Shown piece by piece: positions 10,059 to 21,400 of a stretch of 64,000 bases of DNA (positions within the stretch are counted from its first letter, which is position 1; every line of letters begins with the position of its first letter). The notes beneath the pieces were generated by a model, which saw only the letters and a program-made list of their open reading frames with translations, was not told the origin of the DNA and made no database searches. The stretch lies in contig NIVC01000052.1 in NCBI GenBank assembly GCA_002269645.1, positions 558,001-622,000 of the forward strand, written 5' to 3'. The translations under genes were made by a program, and so were the position numbers. This stretch comes from Macrostomum lignano (taxonomy: Eukaryota).

Positions 10059-10430
10059 GGGGGGCCGTAGCCCAGCGGTAGCGCAGCTGCTCTGGTGTGC
10101 CAGCGACCCAGGTTCGATTCCAAGTGCAGTCACATTAATTTGGGGCTGAATTGGAATCTCGGCTTGGCTCGCTTGTGCAATTAACGGCCTTGAGAGCCAA
10201 CCCCCCAAGGCGCAGTGAAGTGTACATGCCCAACGATAATATAAAGTTAGGGCCGCTGTACACTCCTGTGTGAGTGTGTGCCTGCGTACGTATCCGCGCG
10301 CTTGTATGTCTGCTCAGGGGAGTCGGCGGAATGGGCAGTAATGCCTCTCGCCGGTTGTGTGCCAATGTCGCTTAAAGTGCGCCAGGGTGCACACAACCCC
10401 CCTGCCTCTAATAAAAAAAATAATAAAAAA
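10059..10430 (+). mobile_element. tRNA-derived SINE, family A, copy 2
   Basis: Colinear with 481-843 apart from scattered substitutions (here the B box reads GGTTCGATTCC). A-rich tail. Imperfect TSD AATTACCGAGC / AATTACCAAGC. Confidence 0.88.
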
Positions 10431-11719
10431 ATTACCAAGCCAATGAATACAAAGCATTGAAGGTGGGCGCCATAGCACAATGGATATATAACTGCCAGTC
10501 TGTGCAATACAGTTCTGTCTTAATATTTAATTGATTCTGTTAAAACTCGTTGATTCGAACGCGCATCTGGCGGCTTGATGGGTTCACTCCGGTCACAGCT
10601 GCCCTGCGACATTAAGTGCCACTATATCACAGATCGAATGCAAAAATGGTTAGTAAAATATAACTGCGGCTCAATACGCAGACAGACAATCTCACTGATA
10701 AAAAACCCGAATCAGCCAGCAGGCAGGTGGCAGATTCGCATCATAAATAGCAATTATATTCAATAAAATAATATGGAGAATAAAAATAGGTGACATTTTC
10801 CGACAGACACTACCGACAGTAGACAAAAAAGCGACGGCATGCAAAGGAATTAAAATAACATTTAATAAACTGACTAGACTAAAGCATTGAGATCAAATTG
10901 TGATTATTAATAATAAAATAATTACGATATTAATACTATTGATAGATAGAGTCATAAAGAAAGCAATAGTTGAGAAAAATGCTTAAAACTACTGACAAAC
11001 TTTAGTAGTGTGCAGCGCGTTGTGAGAGACAAAAAATCTGTGAATAATTATTTGGGCTCGAGATTCTTTTTAAAACAGAAATGACCATCGAGTCCAGGTG
11101 CTAATAGCAGTAGCCCATGCATAGCAGTCCTTGCTCTGGCTAGCCGTACGCAACCTGGACTCGATGGAAAATTGATAGATGAAGATTTTCCGGCAGGGTT
11201 CAAAATAAGCATAATATTTACACGCAAAAGCATAGAAATGAACAGGAGCAATAATTAGCATTAGAAGTAATAAATCATACATTATTATTATTATCATTAT
11301 TATTAGTTAGAGTTCAGATCGCGACAATGGAACGCATTAATATTTAATAGACAGCAGATCTGGCTGAGTGGCCACTCCCATGATTACTTTCAGACGCCTA
11401 CTTATAGTAGTCTGTATGCTTTCTGAAAGAGTTAATTAAGTGTACTGAAGAACTCTAAAACTGCATCCCTCAGCCAGGTCTGCTAAATTGCTGGTTTAGG
11501 ACAAAATCAGTAATTAACAAGCGCTAGTGCCGTGTGTTCTTTCGGCACAGTGTTGTGGCGAATTTGTTTAAAAAGCTGAATCTACGAACCTCCTAATGGC
11601 AGGTCAGCGAGTTCTGAAGCATTTGAACACAGCAACAAGATGACAGATGACTGACTCCATGGCCTCAACTCCCATTGCAATTATATTAGCTTACGGATGT
11701 AGCGAACACACAGCAGTTA

Positions 11720-12385
11720 ACCCCATAGCAACTAACGTCATAGCAACCAACATCATAGTAACCAACTGCATAGCAACCAGCTGCATAGCAATAAACCCAT
11801 AGAAATTAAAACCATAGCAACTAGCTTTATAGCAACCAACGCCATAGCAACCAACGCCAAAGCAACCAACTCAGCAGCAAACGCCATAGCAACCAACCCA
11901 TAGCAACTAAATTCATACCAACCAACTCCATAGCAACCAACTCCATAGCAAACAACTTCATAGCAACCAATGCCGTAGCAACCAACTCTATAGCAACCAA
12001 TGCCATAGCAACCAACGCCATAGCAACCAACGCCAAAGCAACCAACTCAGCAGCAAACGCCATAGCAACCAACCCATAGCAACTAAATTCATACCAACCA
12101 ACTCCATAGCAACCAACTCCATAGCAAACAACTTCATAGCAACCAATGCCGTAGCAACCAACTCTATAGCAACCAATGCCATAGCAACCAACGCCATAGT
12201 AACCAATGTCATAGCAACCAACTCCATAGCAACCAATGGCATAGCAACCAACTCAGCAGCAAACGCCATAGCAACCAAGCCATAGCAACAAAATTCATAC
12301 CAACCAACTACATAGCAACCAATGCCCTAGCAACCAACTCCATAGCAACCAACGCTATGCAACCAACGTTATAGCAACCAATCCC
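11720..12385. repeat. 15-bp minisatellite ATAGCAACCAACGCC with about 176-bp higher-order unit
   Basis: Tandem units just downstream of the PIP4K-like stop codon. The diagnostic variant TCAGCAGCAAACGCC recurs at 11871 and 12047. Confidence 0.92.
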
Positions 12386-12406
12386 AAAGCCTAGAAGAAG
12401 CAATCG

Positions 12407-15400
12407 CTACTGCATGCTGGCCTCTATGAACTCCAGAAAGCGGCGCGCGTAGACCTCGGGCCGGACTGTGCTCAGCTGATTCTCACTACTCGATCCGTGC
12501 TTCATTGATTTGTAGGTCTGGGCGGTCCGCTTACGCACGCCGTACTTGGTGAGTATGCTGATGATGCTGATAAAGTACACGCACTGGCCGCTAGCCGAGG
12601 TCACCGCGAAACTCTCTTCCGATGGGGCGACGAGTGCGGCCTCTTCTTCGTCGTCATCGTCGCCGGCTGACACCGTGGCGCCGGCGGCCGCGGCGGCGGC
12701 CTCTTCAGCTTCGCTATCAGCACCGTCAGCGTCGGCCTCGCCAGCTTCGTCCAGATCGCAGGGAGCCCCGTCGACTGCCTGACCAGATGAGGTTGGGGTG
12801 ACGAGAGGCGTTGAGAGAGTTGATGAGAGACAACAGACAACAGACACGCATACAAAAGACACGCATACAAAACACGCGCATACAAAAGACACGCATACAA
12901 AAGACGCGCATACAAAAGACGCGCATACAAAAGACACGCATACAAAAGACACGCATACAAAACACGCGCATACAAAAGACACGCATACAAAAGACGCGCA
13001 TACAAAAGACGCGCATACAAAAGACACGCATACAAAAGACACGCATACAAAACACGCGCATACAAAAGACACGCATACAAAACACGCGCATACAAAAGAC
13101 ACGCATACAAAACACGCGCATACAAAAGACACGCATACAAAAGACGCGCATACAAAAGACGCGCATACAAAAGACGCGCATACAAAAGACACGCATACAA
13201 AACACGCGCATACAAAAGACACGCATACAAAACACGCGCATACAAAAGACACGCATACAAAAGACGCGCATACAAAAGACGCGCATACAAAAGACGCGCA
13301 TACAAAAGACGCGCATACAAAAGACGCGCATACAAAAGACACGCATACAAAAGACACGCATACAAAACACGCGCATACAAAAGACGCGCATACAAAACAC
13401 GCGCATACAAAAGACACGCATACAAAAGACGCGCATACAAAAGACGCGCATACAAAAGACACGCATACAAAAGACACGCATACAAAACACGCGCATACAA
13501 AAGACGCGCATACAAAAGACGCGCATACAAAAGACGCGCATACAAAAGACGCGCATACAAAAGACGCGCATACAAAAGACGCGCATACAAAAGACGCGCA
13601 GGAAGCAGACGCGTTTAAAGCAGAGGCGCACAGACCTCGTCTTCCCCCAGCCGGGACCGATCGTGTACCCCAACCAGCAGCGAATAGTCCATGAGGTTCT
13701 CGCGTTGAAGGAAATCGACATCGGCCCGCAGCGTGGACATCAGACGGGCTTTCTCGGCCGGGCCAACCTCGATGCACTCGCGGGCGGTGACAAAGTCGAC
13801 ATCCTTGTAGGTTGGCAGCTCTTTGCTGCGCTCCTTTTCGCTGGCCTCGCGGTCGATGGTGCTGCCTTTCAGGTCGTACTTGCGGTGGATTTTGTAGCGC
13901 GGGTTGAACACACACCTGATAGACAGGGGGTCAAGTTTGAAAAGTTTGAAACTTGGGTGTCAGAAGGGGTGTCAGCAGACACTTGGGTGTCAGAAGAGGT
14001 GTCAAGACACTTAGGTGTCAGAAGAGGTGTCAGAAGACACTTGGATATCAGGATAGGTCTCAGAAGACACTTGGATGTAAGGAGAGGTGTCAGGAGAAGT
14101 GTCAGAAGACACTTGGGTATCAGGAAGGGTGTCAGAAGACATTTGGATGTCAGGAGAAGTGTCAGAAGACATTTGGATGTCAGGAGAAGTGTCAGAAGAC
14201 ATTTGAATGTCAGGAGAAGTGTTAGAAGACACTTGAATATCAGGAGAGGTGTCAGAAGACACTTGAATATCAGGAGAGGTGTCAGAAGACACTTGGGTAT
14301 CAGGAGAGGTGTCAGAAGACACTTGGGTGTCAGGAGAGGTGTCAGAAGACACTTGGGTATCAGGAGAGGTGTCAGAAGACACTTGGGTATCAGGAGAGGT
14401 GTCAGAAGACACTTGGGTATCAGGAGAGGTGTCAGAAGACACTTGGGTGTCAGGACAAGACAGGAGAGGGTGTCGCGTTCTTTGGTGCATGCATGCTAGT
14501 GGAGTGGTTAACTCTATTATCGATTTTTATTATTAGCCTATAACCACCCTCTCCGTCAGTCTTTTCCTATGTACGCACTTGTGAGGGCGGCTACGTACTT
14601 GTAGACTGCCCAGCTAGACAGCAAATATAAATCAGTCAGGAGGCCACTGGCCCGAGCACCTTGCTCATTCTTAATTGTTATTTTTACAATATGGCGCCCG
14701 AATGAAAAAATATTCTATTTTACCTTAGCGGCTTTCTAACAAGCGACTTCAGTTAAGGCTACGACTGCAAGAATCGCTTTACTCTAACGCTGCAAGCCAC
14801 GGCTGGTTCGCATTCTGGAGCAGTAGCATCTGCCTGTCCTGACGATGAGCAGCGGCCGCGGCTGGATATTACTAGATCAGCGTGCTTCCTTCACTCACTA
14901 TTGAGAATTTCGCTAAGTTCAATTAAAGTTAATTTCTGTTTGTTCTGTTATTACGGTTGCTTATTTTTCGGTTTCTCTGATTCCGTGTTGATTGCCTCTG
15001 TTTTTTCATGCTTCTTGCCTTTAATTAGTTGTAATATTTCGTGTTTCTTCTTTGTTTCTGGTTTGAGCTGGTCGACTCGCTCTGCTCATTGGCGCCGGGG
15101 TTTTCTTGCATTCTTTGCTCCTTCCGGTCGTCCGTCATGGTTCTCAGTGGAGATGAGCTGGCTGCAGCTGTTCGGAAACGGGCAGGAATCCGTTCGGCGA
15201 TTACAAAAGCTATAGCTAAGGCTGAGGAAACTCTGCTAGGTGGTCCAGGAAGAGTGTTCAACCGGATAGAAGCTGCTACGTATATCGACATCCTTAGTCC
15301 TAAGCTGGAAGCTTTGCATCAATTGGATGAGGTTATTGAGGAGTCTGTTGAGGAAGACCAGCTGGACAGGGAACAGGAAGAGAATCAGACTTACTCATTG

Positions 15401-18400
15401 AGATGCATTAGTTGCATCAAGAAGTTGACTGAAGCCGTTCAACGGCATGAAAACTTTGCCGCTGCGGCGAATTCGGCTACAGGTACACCTGGCCTTGTCT
15501 CTACGCAGGTAAAGCTTCCAAAGAGACAGCTCCCGATTTTCACGGGGGAGATTGCAACGTGGCAGTCTTTCTGGGATCAGTTTGAGTCATCGGTCCATAA
15601 GAGCTCCACGCTTGCAGATATCGACAAGTTCAATTATCTCCTAAGTGCTCTATCAGACTCTGTCAAATCATGCATTAGGGGGCTTTCTGTAACGTCTTTA
15701 AATTATGGTATAGCTGTTGAAATTCTAACAGAGCGTTATGGCAAGTCTGAAGTTATTGTCAGAGATTTAATGCACCGGATCTCTGAGCTGCGCTTGCAGG
15801 ACACCTCATTGAGGTGCCTGCAGCAGTTTCACGATGATATCTCGGCTAACATGCGGAGTCTAGAATCCCAGGGGGTCTATGCTAGCTCCTATCAATCTCT
15901 TCTAGTTCCAACATTACTGGGGAGATGCCCGGCGAGTTTTCGCCTCGATCTGCTTCGAGCGGCTCAGCTTCAGGGTGGAAGCATTTCCACGCTCGGTAGT
16001 TTTTTGCAGCTGCTGAAAAGCGAAATAGAAGTGCGTGAGAGTGCTGGAAATCATTGGGGTGCAAAATCAAGTTCTCAACACGGTTCGAACACTGACTCAA
16101 AGTCGACGCCAAAGACTCCAATGTCGATGGCATCCACCTTGGTGGTGGTGCCACCGAAGGCTGCCGAGTCCGATTCGAAACACTCTTGCCCCTATTGCAA
16201 AGAGTCGCACTCGCCAGAGAGCTGCAATCGGGTTTCGACAGTCAAGGAAAGACGTGAATGCTTAGCCAGCGAGCAGCGTTGTTTTCGATGCTTGCGGCAA
16301 GGGCATAGGGTCCCGAAGTGTCGCGATCCCATAAGGTGCCAAATCTGCTCAGGTAGGCATCACGTCAGTCTCTGCTTTCAGAGTAACTCGCACAGCCAGC
16401 CAACAGGCAAAGCTAACAAGGCCAAGGCAGAGCCTACACAGCCACGCCAGAAACAAGTCACGATTCCACGCAATCAATGTCTTACCGCAGCGGCTCCTGA
16501 TGTTCCGCAGCTTCAGGACGGCACGGAATCGAGGATCGCGGAGGCAAACTCACCGCAAGAGTTGGCCAGAATGGACAGTGACGGTTCGGTTGTCATGTCC
16601 ATGTTTATATCGGGAAATCCATCAGTGGCGCTGCCAGTGGCCAAGGCTATCCTTATCAGTTCAGATGGCCGCAAAGAAATGATGGTGCGCCTTCTCCTCG
16701 ACACTGCCAGTAACCGAAGCTACATCCGGCAGGATGTGTGTGAGGCTATGGGTCTCGGAGCTGCTTCCACAGAGACGTTATGCGTGTCCACTTTCGCGGG
16801 ATTGAACACAACAATACAGTCTGGGAGTGTTGGGTTCTCAATTCGGAAAGTTGATTCATTTGAGGTCATTGATCTGAAAGCCAATGTGGTGAAAACCATT
16901 TGCCAACCTCAGCGTTCAGTCAGGATGAATGAGTTTGAGCACCTGCGCTCTCTTGATCTTGCAGATCCGTTTGATACGCGCGATGGGAGCACTCCGATTT
17001 CAATCTTGATTGGCTCGGACTTTTACTATCAGATAGTTGGTGATGAGATTATTCGTGGACTTCACGGCCCGGTCGCTATCTCTTCGAAGCTAGGCTATCT
17101 TCTGTGTGGGCCGCTGACAGTAAATACTCGGAGTCGCGTCGATGGCTTGGATGAGGGTCAGTCGGTCAGCGAAGGAGCCTGCACCAGCACGCCGGTGGTG
17201 TGCTGCTTTGCCAGTGGCGGCTCGGATTTGGTGGTTGCCGACAGCCAGGATTTCACGGCACTGTGGAGGCTGGATTCGATAGGAATTCTTGACGATCCGC
17301 GACCTGCTGCGGCGGAAGATTTTCCATGCAATGCGCAGCTTCGCGAGGGTCGCTATTCGGTGCAGTTGCCGTGGGCCTATGCCAAAGAGGCGATTGAATT
17401 ACGGGATCACTTTGATCTGGCAGCACATCGGTTAAGGTCCAGTATGCGCCATTTAGAGCGCAATCCAGCTAAGTTGGCTCAGTGTGATGGAATCCTCGCC
17501 GAGCAGGAAAATCTGGGTATTATAGAGAAGGTCCCAACCACTGAAAGCGCCCAGCCAGCTGCAATCATTCATTACCTACCGCACAGTTGCGTCTCAAAGT
17601 CAGATAGCGAGCATACAAAGCTTCGCATGGTTTTCGATGGATCCGCAAAGGCAAACAGTACCGACTTCTCGATTAATGATTTTCTGCTGACGGGACCAGC
17701 AACATTTCCGCTGATTCCCCAGCTGCTTGTCCGGTTCCGCCTCAAGCCAATTGCTGTGCTGGCGGACATTGAGAAGGCATTTCTGCAAATCGGCATCGAT
17801 CCAATCGACCGCGACGCACTTCGATTTCTTTGGACTCAAGGTCGCATTGGGGAACCGCGGCAAGTCGTGCAATACAGATTCTGTAGAGTTCCGTTCGGTC
17901 TTTCATGCTCGCCTAGCATTCTGCAGGCCACGATTTCGCAGCATCTTGAGCTGCTTCAAAAACGTTTTCCGGAAGTTGTGGGAACTCTCAAGCACAGCTT
18001 GTACGTTGACAATTTAGTCACTTGCTGCGACTCGCCTAGTGAGGCGGTAGAGTTTTACACTCAGACGAAACAGATTTTCGCCATGGCTGGCATGAACATG
18101 CGGCAGTGGCAGTCCAACTCGAAAGAGTTTATGAAGGTTCTACCTGCTGCGGACGTAGGGAGCGCCCAGAAGGTTCTTGGCATTCCATGGGAGGCTGGAG
18201 GGGACATTTTTCGCCTAGAATTTTCGGAAATGCTAAACTCCGTCGGCGATGAAATTCCGTCGAAGAGACTCATGCTTGCGGTTTTAGCCAGGGTTTTTGA
18301 TCCCCTTGGGTTCATGACTCCCGCCATTGTAATGGTTAAGGCTTGGTTTCAGCAGCTCTGCAAGGAGAAAGTTCAGTGGGACGACCGCCTTCCCCTGGGT

Positions 18401-21400
18401 ATCGCTACACAGTGGGTGGGGTGGCTGAGCTCGCTGAGAGTCACTTGTCTGGAAATTCCACGGTGTGTCATTCCTCGGGAAGCGGACACGCACCTTTGTA
18501 AACTGCAGCTTCACGGGTTTTCCGATGCCAGTGAACGGGCATATGCAGCGGTTGTGTATCTGCGGGTTGTGGATACAAGGCACCACAGTGTTTCAACTCA
18601 CCTGCTGATCGCAAAATCTAGGGTAGCTCCGCTGGTACCCGTTAGTATCTCCAGACTCGAACTTCTTGGAGCCTTGATATTATCTCGGTTGATAAGCTTC
18701 GTATCTATACAGCTTCCCGGGGTTCAGCGGTTCCGGTGGACCGACAGTTCGAATACTTTGCAGTGGATAAAGTGCGAGTCAAAGCTGCGCCAAGTATTCG
18801 TTCAGAACCGGGTTACAGAAATACGGCGATTAACCGACGTCAGCGAGTGGCGGCACATTCCCGGAGCTGTCAATCCCGCGGATCTTCCATCGCGGGGGTG
18901 CTTGCCGAACAGGCTGATGGAGAACGCGTTGTGGCTGAACGGGCCAGAGTTTCTTCGTCAAGTGGGAAGCAGTTTCAGTGACACCTTCGATTTTCCAGGC
19001 AAGCCATCGTCCACGGCAGAGTCACAAAACGACTGTGAAATGCTGCAAGCCGATTATGAATCTCGGGTGGAGACTCAGAAGTCACGTGGGGAGGCTCTAG
19101 CTATGCCCTCAGTTGGCTCACAGGTGCGCGAGCGCGCAAGAGCAGGCACGCTGCTCAAGGTTTTTGATATCCAGCGTTTCTCTTCGTGGATCAGGATGAC
19201 GCGCGTGCTCGGTTGGGTTCATCGCTTTGTTCGCAATGCGCGCAGATCTGCGGCGGAACGAAGGTTAGATGATCCGTCTGATTTGTCAGCCATCGAAGTT
19301 CAGGAAGCGGAGAATTCCTTGTTGCGAGCAGTGCAAGCTTCCGCGTTAGATCCTGAAATTCAGCATCTTCAGGGTGCTGGGCATCGCACGGCCTTGATCC
19401 GTGACTTGAACTTGGTTCTCGGTGAGGACGGTCTTGTTCGATCGGGTGGTCGTCTTCAGGATGCGGTGCCATTCGAAACGAACAACCCAGTCTTAATCCC
19501 ACCGAAACATCCGATTGAGCAGCTGCTTATCCGCCACTGCCACAGCGCAGTTTTCCATGGTGGTGTTCCTGCGACGTTGTGCAAAATCAGAGAGCGGTTC
19601 TGGATTTTAAAGGCCAGACAGCGCGTCAGGCAGGTTTTAGCAGGTTGTGTGACATGTAAGATGCTTCAAGGATGTCCATTTTCGGTGCGGTCAGTTCCGC
19701 AACTTCCCCGGTTTCGGTTGTCCAGCATTCGGGCGTTTCAGACAGTTGGCCTTGATTATGCTGGTCCGATCATATATCGGACGGGGGAGGGTGCGGGAGA
19801 GAACAAGAAGTCCTATGTTCTTCTTTTCACATGCTCTGCAACTAGGGCAGTTCATTTAGAGGTCGTGAGAAGCATGGATTGTGATCAAATGCTACACGCC
19901 CTTAGGCGTTTTGTTGCTCGAAGAGGGATACCATCTGTAGTCAGTGACAACGCACGCACCTTTCGAGCCGGAGCTAAATTAATTGGTGCGCAAATTTCCG
20001 AAGACTTGCAGGCGTTTTGTTCATCCAGGAAGATCAGCTGGCATTTCATTCCTGAGCGAGCCCCGTGGTGGGGAGGTTTCTGGGAGAGGCTCATTGGATT
20101 AGTGAAGATGTCACTTAAGAAAGCAGCAAAACGTCAACTCCTAGACTTTGATCAGTTAGTGACTCTGGTGCTTGAGACCGAAGCAGTGGTGAACTGTCGG
20201 CCGCTGCTGTATGTGTCATCTGATGACAGCACCGAGGTTATCACACCGTCGCACTTTATTGCAGCCGGACGACTCACTCAAGAATCTGGCGGGGTTGAGA
20301 ATGATGGTGAGTCGTTGCTGCCACTTCCAAGAAGATTAAAGATGCTCAGAGCTGCACTAGATTGGTTTTGGCACCAGTGGAAAACAGCCTATCTTCAGGC
20401 GCTTCGTGAAAAAGCTTTGAAGGACCATCCTGAAGGTCGTGTGCCACGTGTCGGTGAAATGGTTCTGCTCGTTGGAGAAGTCCACCAGCCGAGGCTGAGG
20501 TGGAGGCTTGGTTTGGTTGAAGAGATTCGCGTTGGCCGTGACGGGGCAGTCCGTTCGGCGGTCGTCCGAGTGTCGGGTGCTGGGAATTCCCGGCGCTGGG
20601 AGCGGGTGAGGAGACCAGTTCAAGCTTTGGTGCCGCTAGAGATTCAGTCTTAAGTCATTTTTTGTTCGCTGTTCAGCTCGTTTTTCGCGTTTGGCTTCGC
20701 TACTGAATTTTCAACTTTCGTCGTTATATCGATAGTCTGTTTGGTTGATTTGGTTGATTATGTTAAATTGCGTTGTTTTTTTCTGCGTTGCGTTTGGCGT
20801 TTTTTGAGTTTTTGCAATTCTCGTCATTTTTTGCGGTAATTGGGTTTCATTTTCCATCCCGTTTCGAATTGACATATTATAGTAAAGTCCAAATTAGTTT
20901 ATCCGCTTTTTCCTTGAGAATCGTTCGTTTCGGTTATTGTTAAATTTAATTAATTTCACTCAAATATCTCATTTCAATTGATTTCACCATAGTTACACCA
21001 AATATACGAGTATTTTCAAAATTGGTGTTAATATTCGAAGGTTAATTTCTGAGAAAAATGCTTCCCATTTTTGGGGGAGTGTCGCGTTCTTTGGTGCATG
21101 CATGCTAGTGGAGTGGTTAACTCTATTATCGATTTTTATTATTAGCCTATAACCACCCTCTCCGTCAGTCTTTTCCTATGTACGCACTTGTGAGGGCGGC
21201 TACGTACTTGTAGACTGCCCAGCTAGACAGCAAATATAAATCAGTCAGGAGGCCACTGGCCCGAGCACCTTGCTCATTCTTAATTGTTATTTTTACAATA
21301 GAGGGCATTTTGGTGTCAGAGAAGTACATTTTGAGAGTGAAGCAAGAGCGAGGGAGAGCAGTTCATTGAGATTAGATAGTGAAGAAGTCTTCAAACGAAT

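Larger units (their letters stand above)
14471..21300 (+). mobile_element. Full-length BEL/Pao LTR retrotransposon, antisense within PIP4K intron 3
   Basis: 221-bp LTRs at 14471-14691 and 21080-21300 (no difference found by eye), 5-bp TSD GAGGG (14466-70 / 21301-05), PBS, PPT and a single intact gag-pol ORF. Confidence 0.97.

Noticed and set aside
12601-14499. Long ORFs over repeats (also 23432-24679, 35750-37078, 40405-41748, 48701-49798, 50666-51641)
   Set aside because: These are stop-free translations of minisatellites in several frames at once. Most lie inside phase-consistent introns and none shows domain signatures.
17998-18012. RT motif YVDN as an inactivating mutation
   Set aside because: YVDN is a common natural variant in BEL/Pao reverse transcriptases.
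20654-21079. env-like third ORF in the BEL/Pao element
   Set aside because: Only about 425 bp of T-rich DNA without an ORF lies between pol and the 3' LTR.
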